Source of the DNA: Squalus acanthias
Lineage: Eukaryota
Assembly: GCA_030390025.1 (NCBI GenBank)
Contig: CM059432.1
Coordinates: 36,520,001-36,584,000, forward strand
Length of the DNA: 64,000 bases
Direction of reading: 5' to 3'
The notes under the pieces are model-generated. The model had not been told where the DNA came from, did not search any database, and worked only from the letters and a program-made list of their open reading frames with translations. Position numbers and translations under genes: made by a program. The number at the start of each line of letters is the position of its first letter. The first letter of the stretch is position 1. Positions 12,652 through 26,639 of this stretch are shown one piece after another.

Positions 12652-15412
12652 AGAATCATAGAATCTTGCAGCACAGAAGGAGGCCATTCGGTCTGTCGTG
12701 CCTGTGCCGGCTGTTTGAAAGAGCTGTCCAATTTAGTTCCACACCCTAGTTTTTTCCCCATAACCCTGCAAATTAGTCCTCTTCAGGTACATGTCCAAAT
12801 ACCTTTTGAAAGTTTCTATGGAATCTGCTTCCACCACCCTTTCAGGCAGTGCGCTCCACATCCTAACAGCCCTCTGTGAAAAGATTTCTCCTCATTTCCC
12901 CTCTAATTCCTTTGCCAATTATTTTAAATCTATGACCTCTGGTTATCAACCCGCTTGCCACAGGGATCAGTTGCTCCCTACTTGTTCTATCAAAACCCCT
13001 CATAATTTTGAATACCTCTATTAGGTCTCCCCTTAACCTTCCCTGCTCTAAGGAGAACAATCCCAGACTTTCCAATCTCGCCATGTAACTGAAGTCTCTC
13101 TTCCCTGATATCATCTCTGTACCCTCTCCAAGGCCTTGACATCCTTCCTAAAGTGTGGTTCCCAGAGGTGGACACAATACTCCAGCTGAGACCTAACCAG
13201 TGATTTGTAACGGTTTCGCATAGCTTCCTTGTTTTTGTATTCATTGTCCCTATTTACAAAGCCAAGTATCCCATACACTGTCTTAACCACCTTCTCAGCT
13301 TGTCCTGCCACCTTCAAAGATTTGTGAATATGCACCCCTAGGTCATAGTCAGTACGGCACAGAAGGAGGCAATTCGGCCCATCGAGTCCATGCCGGCTCT
13401 CTGTAGAGCAATCCAGTCAGTCCCATTCCCCCCCGCTCTATCCCCGTAGCCCTGCAAGTTTATTTCCCTTAAGTGCCTATCCAATTTCCTTTTGAAATCA
13501 TTGATCGTTTCCACTTCCACCACCCTCGTCGGCAGTGAGTTCCAGGTCATTACCACTCGCTGTGTAAAAAAAAAAGTTCTTCCTCACATCCCCCTGTATC
13601 ACTTGCCCAAAACCTTAAATCTGTGTCCCCTAGTCCTTGTACCATCAGCTAATGGGAACAGCCTTTATCTACCTTATCCAAACCTGTCATAATCTTGTAC
13701 ACCTCTATCAAATCTCCCCTCAACCTCCTTTGCTCCAAGGAGAACAACCCCAGCTTCTCCATTCTAACCTTGTAACTAAAATCCCTCATCCCTGGAACCA
13801 TTCTGGTAAATCTCCTCTGCACCCTCTCGAGGACCTTCACATCCTTCCTAAAGTGTGGTGACCAGAACTGGACGCAGTACTCTAGTTGTGGCCTAACCAG
13901 AGCTTTATAAAGGTTCAGCATAACTTCCCTGCTTTTGTACTCAATACCTTTATTTATGAAGCCCAAGATCCCATATGCTTTGCTAACTACTCTCTCAGTA
14001 TGTCCTGCCACCTTCAAAGATCTATGCACATGAACACCCTGGTCCCTCTGTCCCTGCACACTCTTTAGAAATGTGCCATTAAGTCTATATTGCCTCTCCG
14101 TGTTCCTTCTGCCAAAATGTATCACCTCTCACTTCTCTATATTAAATTCCATCTGCCACTTATCTGTCCATTCTGCTAGCCTATCTATGTCCTGTTGCAG
14201 TCGATTGGTATCCTCCTCACTGTTTGCCACATCTCCAACTTTGGTGTCATCGTCAAATTTTGAAATTTGACTCTATATTCCAATATCTAAGTAATTTATA
14301 TATATGTGGTCCTAGCACTGACCCTTGGGGAACACCACTGTCTACCATCCTCCAGTCTGAAAAAACAACCATTTACCACGACTCGCTGTTTTCTGTCCTT
14401 CAGCCAATTTCTTATCCAAGCTGACACGGACCCTCCTATTCCATGAGCCTCAATTTTGTTAACCAGTCTTTTATGTGGTACTTTGTCAAACGCTTTCTTA
14501 AAATCCATATAGTCAACATCCATTGCATTCCCTTCATCAACCTTCTCTGTTACTTCAACAAAAAATTCAATTAGATTAGTCAAACACGATCTGCCTTTTA
14601 CAAATCCGTGCTGGCTCTCCTTAATTAACTTATACCTCTCCAAGTGCCTGTTAATTTTTTCCCTGATTATTGTTTCTAAAACCTTACCCACCACTGATGT
14701 TATCCAAGTCATTTATATATATCAAAAAAAGCAGTGGTCCTAGCACTGGCCCTTGGGGAACACCACTGTCTACTTCTCTCCAGTCAGAAAAACATCCGTT
14801 CACCACTACTCTGTGCCTCCTATCCCTTAGCCAATTACGTACCCAAGTTACTACCATCCCTTTAATCCCATGCGCTTCTATATTCCAAATAAGTCTGTTA
14901 TGTGGTACTTTATCAAATGCCTCTTGAAAGTCCATATATACAACATCGACTGCACTACCTTCATCAACCCTCTGTTACTTCATCAAAGAACTCAACCAGG
15001 TTAGTTAGGCACGATTTGCCTGTAACAATTCTGTCCTGGGTGTCCCTTATTAACCCATGCTTTTCCAAGTGAGAATTAATTTTGTCCCTGACAATGGTCT
15101 CAAGTAGTTTTCCCACCACTGAAGTTAGACTGACTGGCTTGTAGTTACCAGGTTTATTTCTCTCTCCTTTTTTGAACCGGGTGTAACATTTGCAATCCTC
15201 CAGTTCTCTGGCACCACTCCCATATCCAAGGAAGATTGAAAGATTGTGGTGAGAGCTTCTGCTGTCTCCACCCTTGCTTCCCTCAGCAACCTAGGATGCA
15301 TCCTATCTGGGCCGGGTGACTTGTTAACTTTGAGTGATGCCAACCTATTTAGCACCCCCTTTCTATGTATTTTTATCCTATCCAATATCTCTACTTCCTC
15401 CTCCTCTACTGT
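12652..15412 (-). mobile_element. Nested CR1 LINEs (outer copy 12652-13338 plus 14702-15412; inner copy ~13341-14700)
   Basis: Two 3' tails (12652, 13341) and duplicated RT motifs in ORFs 12863-13335, 13649-14712, 14684-15421. Confidence 0.9.
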
Positions 15413-18400
15413 CCTGTGCACACATTTACACTTTACAGCAGGAATCAGATAACGATTATAAGCACAAACCCAGGCTGAGTTTACTCCTCATTAGCTCGGT
15501 GGCACTGAGGCCAATTTGTGAGAGTCCCAGTTGTTGCTGTCAGCTAACTCAGCAGAGCTTCGAGATCAAATCTAGTTCATGTGGTTCATGAGTACACCGC
15601 ACAGTGAGCTATCAGGAGTGACCAAAGCAGGAGCATGCCTTGCAGGGGCCCCTACATTTTACTCGACAATGATACTAAATACTATCTACTTAATCTAGTG
15701 TCAAATTTGCACACGTACGATTATGAAAAGGCAATAGGTAACATAAAAATAGTTGACAAAATAATCAGAGATCAGCTGTACGGTTGCGTAGCTATCCTTT
15801 CACTTGATCCACCTGACTGGTTTGGGGCCCCATGGGTTGCACAGTCCTAACGTTGCCCCTGAACCCAAGCAAAATTCAGTGAAATCTGTTTCTTCTCTTC
15901 CTCTCTTTCCCGCCTCTCCCCTTGTGGAGAAGTAGTGTTTGTAACCCTTTATGACCACATAACTGATGAACTATTTAGTACTCTCCCGAATAATATATTA
16001 ATAAGAGTATAGTGCATTCTGCATTTTACCCTTTCACAGATGTTCAGCTGCCTGGTCTTGTCTCTCTCCCAGAATTGAAGCAATGTGTAATTTGGTCTGT
16101 CAGCCAATTGAGGTGGAAATCAACTGCATCAAACTGAACCTCAGGCTCAGTCTTAGTCTGTCACTGACGGTCTCAAGGACAGCAGGTCAGGCTTGATCAT
16201 ATGCTGACACCGCCTCTTTGGTTGCACTCTTTGTTTAAAGCGGGGCACTAGGCTGGTGTTGTTCCTGATCATTGACAGAAATGGTTAAGCCAGTTTACTT
16301 TTCTCTACCAGCCTTCTGTGTGAGCCAAACAGTGAATAGTGTGAACTCCCCTGTGTGCACTCGAGCATTTTACAGGTAACGTGCAATGTGTGCTGTTTAG
16401 TGAAGACATTTGCCAACAAGTTTCTTATTCCCTCTTCTCTCCTTCCGTCTCTCACCGGTCCCAGATTTCTTTCCTGAAGGTGCTGACTCTTGCTGGATTA
16501 GGGTACCACAGGTGCTGTCTGTACCTCAACCAACTGATGGCTCTCCGTGTGTGAACCTGCACACACCATTTGAATGGGAGCGGTGCATCACAGCTGAACT
16601 GATTACCCATGTATTCCAGTAGGGGCCAGTAGACGTGGAGTAGCTGCAGGATGGTATGATCAGCTGTGGGAGAACCATATCATTACAGCACTGAGTAAAG
16701 GAGAAACAAATATCTCCTCTCTCCTGCCAGCACAATTCCTTGAGGAAGTTCAGTGGCTGCTGGAAAGTCAGCTGAGCATCCCTTGCTGCAACAGCTTACT
16801 TTCCATTCCCCAAGAGGAAAAAAATGAACAAGTGCATTTTCGAGTAGATCTGAGAGTAAGACAAGGTACTGAGAGTTAGGAATCAGAATGCCATGGTAGA
16901 ACATTCTGGCCACTTTAACCACTGGTCATTCTTGCACAGTATTTTGCAGCTAGTTGCAGAACTGCATCAGCAGAGGACTTAGAGCATATTGTCCATCCAG
17001 AGTATCAAGAGGGAAATGTATTAAAATGTTACAGCATTGTCTTCATGTAGCTAACTTTTCAGTGCACAGACTGTTTATTTACCTGAACATAATATTGTAG
17101 AATGCACATTTCAGTAATTGCACTGACATCCTAGTTAAATTCATTCCATCACCAGTATGACTGAATTATCCAATGGGGGGGAACAAACTTTACTGATCTT
17201 TTCTGGGTTACAGTTCCACAGAGGCAAGAGCCCTCCAGTAATTTGCCCAAGTGGCCATGCTTCGTGTAAGGCTAGACATTAAATATTAACAGGTTATTTG
17301 ACTGTGACGGTAAAGGAAGAGGGAAAGATAGTGTGTGGGGAAAACCACAGCCAAACCTGATCCCACTGCTCGTAGGAGTCATTGGAGAGTGCTAATTTAA
17401 AAAAATATTGTTTCCTTCCTTAACTGAGGGTCACTGATCCTGATTGTAGCACTCCAACTATGAGATCAGCTCAGGCAGCACAGACTGGAAAGCAACCTGT
17501 ATGGCTCGGTGACATTTGGAACAGGTTAAACTGAAACCAGTCCATATTAAATAATAATCAGCTGTGGTTCCTGCACCCAATTTGCTATCCAGTGATCTCG
17601 GCCGAAAAGTACACGTGTGGGTTTTGGATAAGGACAAGGTTAGATTCAGCAGTGATCTTTTACCTCAACCCCAAGGACAACTAAGTTGCCAATGCTCACT
17701 GTCTCAGCTCAGACATGAAAATGGCCACTTGGGTAAGGTTGTCTGACCCATGCAGAGCTATATCCCAGCAAGGGTCAATGTCCAAGAGAGGAGAGGGGAG
17801 GAGAAGAGAAAACTGGAGGAGGGGAAAGGACAAAGTGAAAAAGAAGAGGAAAGGCTTGAGTAAATTGTGGCAAAAACTTGATTGCTTGGGGGGGGGTTAG
17901 CATGCTGAGTGAACAGGGATTGTGCAGTTTGAATGCTGCAAAGAGTTTATCGGTCTTGAATTAATTTTCACTAAATAGGCCAATATGAAGGTGACAGTTG
18001 CTGCAGAAGCATATTCATACACAACATTATTTTTATTGACCAGAGGACGAAATGTGACATCTGTAAGGTGGGGCATGTCAAAGCATCCATAGCTTTGAAT
18101 GAAAGGTGAAATGGTTAATGACTGAACTGTTACATTGAGCTTACTATATTTAATAGTCTGTGTTTAGTCCCAGCTTTGAGAGCAGATGGAGATCATCCAG
18201 AGTGATAGATTGACCTTTTTCAAAGTTGGTGGCCTATCTGGCTAATTTGACACTACTGTAATCTATTAATCTCACATTTTGGGGAAATGGGAAGTACGTC
18301 ATATTGGTGAAGTAGGGGTGCTATTCCTGGGTTGGGGGTGGGGGGGGGGGGGAGAGTTGTGTACACCGCCTAGGAGTGCTTGATCCTGACACTAGGTTCC

Positions 18401-20054
18401 TGAAATGGAAAGCTTCCATTCCTTAGCACTGACCTCCCTCACCTTGAGCAAAAATTCACCAAATAAGATGGGGCTGTTTTGTGTGTCCAGCCCTGGTAAA
18501 CTGAAAATTAGACAGGGGAGGCTGAGGAGGAAGTAACTGCATAGAGCTGGATGGAGTATTTTTTAAATACATAAATAAATAGTTGCCTGTCAGTCCAGAT
18601 ACAAACTACTAACATTTATTTAACAACCGTGATCTATCTGTTTTATAATTTGGAGTCCCAAACTAATTCTATGTAGTCAAATTAGGTTTTGTTTTCTCTT
18701 ACATAGTTGTAAAAGCATGAATGAGACTTTTAATAAATTTGATGTTTTAAAAGAGCTGTCAGTAGGACAGTAACTAAGGTGACTGACTGCCCTTGGTAAA
18801 GGTACTTAATTACTGGGGTTACGTCTCTGTCAAAGTCTAGAGCTGTGTGTCGCAGTAAGGCAACTGAATGCCATCGCCATGGCAACCTGTGCAGTCCTTC
18901 ACACAAACAATTGCATTCGATTTTTTTTTTAAAGCATTAAGTGGAACTGAGTAATGGTTTTAGGTGTGTGTCTGGAAAAAAAGTACCAATCTGTGAATCA
19001 TCAGACCAAATATGGCAGCCCTTACAGTTTATTGTTTGAGGGAATAAGGTACGGCATGTATGTGAATTAATTGAATTTGTCTCTTTCCCGCTTGCAAAAA
19101 TACAATTCAGAATTTGTTAGAATGCTACAATATAAATCTCAAGATAAATACACATGAGGGGGATCTTTGATCCATCTTCGCTCATTCATCTAGAATAAAA
19201 AAACCTTCTTAAAATCCATCTTTTCAACCAAACTTTTGGTCCTCTCTCCCACCATGGCTCAGCGTTTGGTTCTTGTTTTTTCACTCTGTAAAGCACCTTG
19301 GAACTTCATCTCCATTAGTAGGTACTATATAAGTTGCTGTTTCTGCAAGATCACAATTGCGGAAGCGTCACGATTGAGACTAAGTTCCCCCCATCACGTC
19401 ATCTAAGGTTTTCCCCTCCACTACCCTATGCAGAAGACCATTGTAAGTGTTGATCACTTTACTTGACAAAGTTCTTCCTGACATCTGTCCTGAATTTTTC
19501 TTTCGCCAGTTTTAACCTATGCTCCCTTGTTCTAATATCCTGGCACACCTTGAAGTAGTGCTCTGGATTAACCTTACCTATGCTATCAATTGCAAATATG
19601 GATATGAGAGAGACCATTTATCCTGTCTAGTTCACCCACCCACAAACTTAAGGATTCTCCCATCTTCCCATCACACCATCCAAGTCCTTCTTGAATGACC
19701 AGGGTTTTTGCCTCCACTACCCTACCCAGTGACCATGCCAAGTATTAATCACTGAAGGAGGGAGTTCTGCCATCAATGTTCTGCCCGGTTGAAGGGCTTG
19801 AATATTTCCATCTATCTTGATGACCAGAATTGAACACAGTGCTCAATTACTTCTTAGTTCATCCAGTGCCTGTCTTCCTTGATCTATGCATGTGTTACTT
19901 TTGTTTCACTTAGGTACCTAATGCTACACTTATATTTGACTGTTGCTGTTGTGTTTTTGGAATTATTTGGGAAGATATCCATCATAGATGTACAAACAGC
20001 AGTTTTATTTTCCTGGCTTGCTCGACTGCCTATCTAAAAGACATATAAAGGATG

Positions 20055-20378
20055 CGATAGCATAATGGTTTTGGTACTGGACTAGCAACACAGAGGTTAT
20101 GAACTGAAATGCCACCATGGTAAGTTGTGAAATTTAATTCAATAAATCTGGTAATTTGTGCGTTGGCAACCGAAGAAATGACCATGAAAGCTTCCAGATT
20201 GTCATGAAACTAACTGGTTCACCAATGTCCTTGAGAGGGACCTACCACTGCTACCTGATCTGTCCTACGTGTGACTTCAATTCCACACTAGTTGGCTCAA
20301 TTCCCTCGGCAACTAGGAATGGGCAATAAAAGCTCCCTTGCTGGTGTTGCCCATGTGCCAAGAACAAATTTAAAAAGA
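20055..20378 (+). mobile_element. tRNA-headed SINE (family B) sharing its 3' tail with LINE family B
   Basis: Head taatggttttggtactggactag..., body ctggttcaccaatgtcc, tail ggcaactagg(g/a)atgggcaataaa. Further copies at ~20490-20779 and 34655-34885; head-only pieces at ~12525-12645 and 43800-43864. Confidence 0.6.
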
Positions 20379-20779
20379 AATGTAGAAATCAATTTGTGTT
20401 AAGTACTCCCTACTGACATGAGCATGTATCCTATAACCCATAATACACTGCTGCTGGAGTCAGGGCAGTTAACATAACTAAGGTAATTAAATAAATCTTG
20501 AATAAAAAGCTAGTATCAGTAATGGTGACCATGTTTGTTGTAAAAACCCATCTGGTTCACTAATGTCCTTTTAGGGAAGGAATTCTGCCATCCTTACCTG
20601 ATCTGGCCTAAATGTGACTTCAGACCCACAGCAATGTGATTGATTCTTAACTGTCCTCTGAAATGGCCTAGCAAGCCACTCAGGCTTTTCAAGAAGGTGT
20701 CTCACCACCACCTTCTCAGGGCAACTAGGGATGCAGGCCTTGCTGGTGACGCCCACATCCCGTGAATGAATAAAAAAAA

Positions 20780-23455
20780 GTCATAGTCATAACGGCACAG
20801 AAGGAGGCTATTCGGCCTATCGAGTCCGTGCCGGCTCTCTGTAGAGCAATCCAGTCAGTCCCATTTCCCCGCTCTATCCCCGTAGCCCTGCAAGTTTATT
20901 TTCCTCAAGTGCCTATCCAGTCTCCCCTTGAAAACATTGAGTGTCTCCGCTTCCACCACTTGCATTGGCAGCGAGTTCCAGGTCCTCACCACTCGCTGCG
21001 TAAAAAAGTTTTCCCTCACATTCCCCCTGTATCTCTTGCCCAAAAGCTTAAATCTGTGTCCCCCTAGTCCTTGTACCATCAACTAGTGGGAACAGCCTTT
21101 CTCCGTCTAGCCTATCCAAACGTGTCATAATCGTGAACACCTCTATCAAATCACCCCTCAACCTCCTTTGCTCTAATGAAAACAAATCCAGCTTCTCCAA
21201 CGTGTCCTTGTAGCTAAGATCCCCCATCCCTGGAACCATTCTGGTAAACCTCCTCTGCACCCTCTCAAGGGCCTTCACATCCTTCTTATAGTGTGCTGAC
21301 CAGAACAAGACGCAATACTCCAGTTGTAGCCTAACCAGCGCTTTATAAAGGTTCAGCATATCTTCTCTACTTTTATACTCTACCTCTATTTATGAAGCCC
21401 AAGATCCCATATGCTTTGTTAACCACTCTCTCAATATGTCTTGCCACCTTCAGGGACCTATGCACATTAACTCCCAGGTCCCTCTGTCCCTGCACACTCT
21501 TTAAAACTGTGCCATTAAGTGTATATTGCCTCTCCCTGTTCCTTCTGCCAAAATGCATCACCTCACACTTGTTTGCCCATTCTGCTAGCCTTTCTATGTC
21601 CTGTTGCAGTCGATTAGTATCATCCTCACTGTTTGCCACACTCCCAAGTTTGGTGTCATCGGCAAATTTAGAAATTCTACTCTGTATTCCAGGTCCTTTG
21701 GGAACACCACTGTCTACCATCCTCCAGTCTGAAAAACAGCCATTTACCACAACTTGCTGTTTTCTGTCCTTAAGCCAATTCCTTATCCATCGCCGAATCC
21801 CCCACCATCAACATCCTGGGGGGGGTCACCATTGACCAGAAATTTAACTGGACCAGCCACATGAATACTGTGGCAACAAGAGCAGGTCAGAGGCTAGGTA
21901 TTCTGCAGCGAGCGTCTCACCTCCTGATTCCCCAAAGCCTTTCCACCATCTACAAGGCACAAGTCAGGAGTGTGATGGAATACTCTCCACTTGCCTGGAT
22001 GAGTGCAGCTCCAACAACACTCAAGAAGCTCGACTCTATCCAGGACAAAGCAGCCCGCTTGATTGGCATCCCATCCACCACCTTAAACATTCACTCTCTC
22101 CACCACCGGCGTACCGTGGCTGCAGTGTGTACCATCTACAAGATGCACTGCAGCAACTCGCCAAGGCTTCTTCGGCAGCACCTCCCAAACCCGTGACCTC
22201 TTCCACCTAGAAGGATAAGGGCAGCAGGCGCATGGGAACACCACCACCTCCAAGTTCCCCTCCAAGTCACACCATCCTGACTTAGAAGTATATCGCTGAT
22301 CCTTCATTGTCGCTGGGTCAAAATCCTGGAACTCCCTCCCTAACAGCACTGTGGGAGTACCTTCACCACACGGACTGCAGCGGTTCAAGAAGGCAGCTCG
22401 CCACCACCTTTTCAAGGGCAATTAGGGATGGGCAATTAATGCTGGCCTTGCCAGCGACGCCCACATCCCATATACGAATAAAAAAAAAAGCTGCCACTGA
22501 CCCACTCATTCCATGAGCCTCAATTTTGTTAACCAGCCTTCTATGTGGTACTTTTTCAAACGCCTTCCTAAAATCCATGTAGACAACATCCATTGCATTC
22601 CCTTCATCAATCCTCCCTGTTACTTATCAAAAATTCAGTTAGATTAGTCAAACACAAGCCTTTTACAAATCCGTGTTGGCTCTCCCTAATTAGCTTAAAC
22701 CTCTCCAAATTCCCGTTAATTTTTTCCTTGATTATTGTTTCTAAAACTTTACCCACCATTGATGTTAAACTGACCGGCCTGTAGTTACTAGGATTGTCCT
22801 TGCACCCTTTCTTGAACAATGGTGTCAAATTTGCCACTTTCCAATCCTCTGGCACCTCCCCCGCATTTAGGGAAGATTGGAAAATTATGGCAAGCCCTTC
22901 CGCTATCTCCTCCCCCACCCCACCCCCCCCCCCCCCCCCCCCCCCCCCCCCGTTCCCTTCGCAACCTGGGATGCAAACCATCTGGACCAGGCGACTTATC
23001 CACTTAAGCATACCCAGCCTTTCTAGTACATCCTGTCTATCAATTTTCATCTTTTCCATTGCTTCTACCTTTTCCACTTCTACTGATATTTTGTCAGCAT
23101 CCACCTCCTTAGTAAACACCGATACAAAGTACTCATCGAGTATTCTAGCCTTGCCCTGTGCCTCTTAAGCATATTTCGCCTTCTTTGTCGCTAATAGGCC
23201 CCACCCTGCCTCTTACTACCCGCTTACTGTTTACATGCCAGTAGAAGATTTTTGGGTTCCCTTTTATGTTAACTGCCATTCTACTCTCATATTCTCTCTT
23301 TCCCAATCTTATTTTCATCTTCACTTCCCCTCTCAACTTACTGTATTTGGTCTGGTTCTCCCTTGAAGAATTCACCTGACATGCATCATACACCCTCTTT
23401 TTTTGTTTCATCATCTTCTCTATCTCCCTCGTCATCCAAGGAGCCCTTGCTTTGG
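20780..23455 (-). mobile_element. CR1 LINE split by a LINE-B insertion at 21789-22489
   Basis: RT ORFs 20855-21750 and 22363-23435; consensus ccttatcca|agctgccactgac is interrupted exactly at the insert. Confidence 0.9.
21789..22489 (+). mobile_element. LINE family B (CR1/L2-group non-LTR element), 5'-truncated with A-tail
   Basis: ORF 21861-22196 RT C-terminus (IYKAQVRSVMEYSPLAW...LDSIQDKAARLI...SLHHRR); tail gggatgggcaattaatgctggccttgccagcgacgccc...gaataaaaaaaaa. Confidence 0.85.
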
Positions 23456-23457
23456 TT

Positions 23458-23855
23458 CATAGAAACATAGAAGATAGGAGCAGGAGTAGGCCATTCGGCC
23501 CCTCGAGCCTGTTCCACCATTTAATGAGATCATGGCTGATCATCCAAATTCAGTACCCTGTTCTTGCTTTCTCCCCATATCCCTTGATCCCTTTAGCCTT
23601 AAGAAATATATCTAACTCCTTCTTGAATATATTTAATGAATTGGCCTCAACTGCCTTCTGTGGTAGAGAATTCCACAGGTTCACCACTCTCTGGGTGAAG
23701 AAATTCCTCCTCATCTCAGTCCTAAATGGCTTACCCCTTATCCTTAGACTGTAACCCCTGGTTCTGGACTCCCCCGCCATCGGGAACATCCTTCCTGCAT
23801 CTAGTCTGTCTAGTCCTGTTAGAATTTTATAAGTTTCAATGAGATCCCCTCTCAT
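23458..23855 (-). mobile_element. CR1 3' end (catagaaa-tail subfamily)
   Basis: ORF 23550-23855 MRGDLIETYKIL...FFTQRVVNLWNSLP. Confidence 0.9.
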
Positions 23856-23912
23856 CTATGTACACTACATCAAACGCACTACCCTCATCTACCCTCCTTG
23901 TTACCTCCTCAA

Positions 23913-25740
23913 AAGGAAATAAGCGAGGCAAAGAGAGTATGAGAATAGATTGGCAGCTAACATAAAAGGGAATCCAAAAGTCTTCTATAGGCATATAAAT
24001 AGTAAACGGGTATTAAGAGGAGGGGTGGGGCCGATTAGGGACCAAAAAGGAGACCTACGCATGGAGGCAGAGTGCATAGCTGACGTACTAAATGAGTACT
24101 GTACTTTGCATCTGTCTTTACCAAGGAAGAAGATGCTGCCAAAGTCATAGTGAAAGAGGAGGTAGTTGACGTACTGGATGGGATAAAAATTGATAGAGGA
24201 GGTACTAGAAAGGCTGGCTGTACTTAAAGTAGATAAGTCACCAGGACCGGATGGGATGCATCCTAGGATGCTGAGGGAAGTAAAGGTGGAAATTGCAGAG
24301 GTACTGGCCATAATATTCCAATCTTCCTTTGATATGGGGTTGGCACCAGAGAACTGGAGAATTGCAAATGTTACAGCCTTGTTCAAAAAAGGGTGTAAGG
24401 ATAAACCCAGCAACTACAGACCAGTCAGTTTAACCTCGGGTAGTGGGGAAGCTTTTAGAAACTATAATACGGGACAAAATTAACAGTTACTTGAACAAGA
24501 GTGGATTAATTAAGGAAAGCCAGCACAGATTTGGCAAACCGTGTTAACTAACTTGATTGAGTTTTTTGATGAGGTAACAGAGAGGGCAATGCGGTTGATG
24601 TGGTGTACATGGACTTCCAAAAGGTGTTTGATAAAGTGCCACATAATAGGCTTACCAGCAAAGTTGAAGCCCATGGAATAAAAGGGATAGTGGCAGCATG
24701 GATACGAAATTGGCTGAGTGATAGGAAACAGAGAGTAGTGGTGAACGGTTGTTTTTCGGACTGGAGGAAGGACCACTGCTTTTCTTGATCTATATTAATG
24801 ACTTGGACTTGTGTGTACAGGGCACAATTTCAAAATTTGCAGATGAGACAAAACTTGGAAGTATAGTGAACAGTGAGGAAGATAGTGATAGACTTCAAGA
24901 GGACGTAGACAGGCTGGTGGAATGGGCAGATACATGGCAGATGAAATTTAACGCAGAAAAGTGTGAAGTGATGCATTTTGGTAGGAAGAACAAGGAGAGG
25001 CAATCTAAACTAAAGGGTATAATTCTAAAGGGGGGTGCATGAACAGAGAGACCTGGGGGTATATGTGCACAAATCATTGAAGGTGGCAGGGCAGGTTGAG
25101 AAAGTGGTGAAAAAAGCATACGGGATCTTGGATTTCATAAATAGAGGCGTAGAGTACAAAAGCAAGGAAGTTATGATGAACCTGTATAAAACACTGGCTT
25201 GGCCTCAACTGGAGTATTGTGTCCAATTCTGGGCAATGCACTTTAGGAAGGATGTGAAGGCCTTAGAGAGGGTGCAGGAAAGATTTACAAGAATGATTCC
25301 AGGGATGAGGGACTTCAGTTTCGTGGATAGACTGGAGAAGTTGGGGTTGTTCTCCTTAGAGCAGAGAAGATTGAAAGGAGATTTGATAGAGGTGTTCAAA
25401 ATCGTGAGGGGTCTAGACAGTAGATAGAGAGAAACTGTTCCCATTGGCGGAAGGGTCGAGAAACAGAGGACACAGATTTAAGGTGATTGGCAGAAGAACC
25501 AAAGGTAACATGAGGAATAGCTTTTTTACGCAGCGAGTGGTTATGATCTGGAATGCACTGCCTGAAAGGGTGGTGGAGGCAGATTCAATCGTGGCTTTCA
25601 AAAGGGGATTGGATAAGTACCTGAAGAGGAAAAATTTGCAGGGCTATGGGAAAAGGGCGGCGATTGGGACTAGCTGAAGTGCTCTTGCAAAGAGCCGGCA
25701 TGGGCTCGACGGGTCGTCTCCTGTGCTGTACGATTCTATA
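23913..25740 (+). mobile_element. CR1 (HER1-like) LINE, frameshifted ORF2 with gattctat tail
   Basis: ORFs 23950-25677 give consecutive RT motifs; ends cgattctata. Confidence 0.92.
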
Positions 25741-25884
25741 ATTTGAAGTAAGATGTTTGGTTAATGTTTTCTGTACACTTGACTATCTTGTATCTCGCTG
25801 TAAGATGATCTCTCAGACACCTCCTTTCTAGGCTGAAAAACCCAAGTCTCTCCAGTTTTTCCTCAGAACTCAGACCCCGACATT

Positions 25885-26117
25885 GAGTCAGAAGGCTGTG
25901 GTTTCAAGTCCCACTTCAGAGACTTGAGCACAAAATCTCGGCTGCCACTCCAGTGCTGTACCAAGGAAATACTGCACTGTAGGAGGTGCCGTCTTGTGGA
26001 TGAAACGTTGAACCAAAGCCCTGTGTGCTCTCTCGGGTGGATGTAAAAGATTCCATGGCACTATTTCAAAGAAGAGCTGGGGAGTTTTCCCCAGTGTCCT
26101 GGCCAATATTTATCCCG
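25885..26117 (+). mobile_element. Partial Deu-domain SINE
   Basis: tgagtcagaagg...ttcaagtcccac...ggtggatgtaaaagattccatggcactatt. Confidence 0.7.
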
Positions 26118-26639
26118 CTCTTGTCATTTTCGGTAGCAGAGCTCACAAGACTGGGAGGTGCCATACTCAGTTGAATGCTGCCTTGATGTTGAGGCCACCT
26201 ACTCTCGCCTCACCACTGGCATTCAGCTCTTATGTCCATGTCTGGATCAAGGCTGCAACGAGGTCAGAAGCTGAGTGGTTGTGGCGGAACTTGAACTGAG
26301 CGCCAGTGAGTAGTTTATTAGTGAGTAGGAGTTGTTTATAGAATCATAGAAATTTACGGCACAGAAGGAGGCCATTCTGTGCCGGTGTACAAGAGCTATC
26401 CAGCCTAATTCCACTTTCCAGCTCTTGTTCCGTAGCCTTGTAGGTTACGGCACTTCAAGTGTATTTGTCCATTTAATTCCAAATCTTTTTTAATAGTCTG
26501 CACAACATTTTTAATGAGGTGTGCGATACAGCCATGTGTCACTTAGAAAACATAACATTGTGCAGATTTATAATCCAACCATGTATCTACCTGGTGATGA
26601 CTATATATTGAGATTGAATCTCTGCTGAAGGAAATCTTT

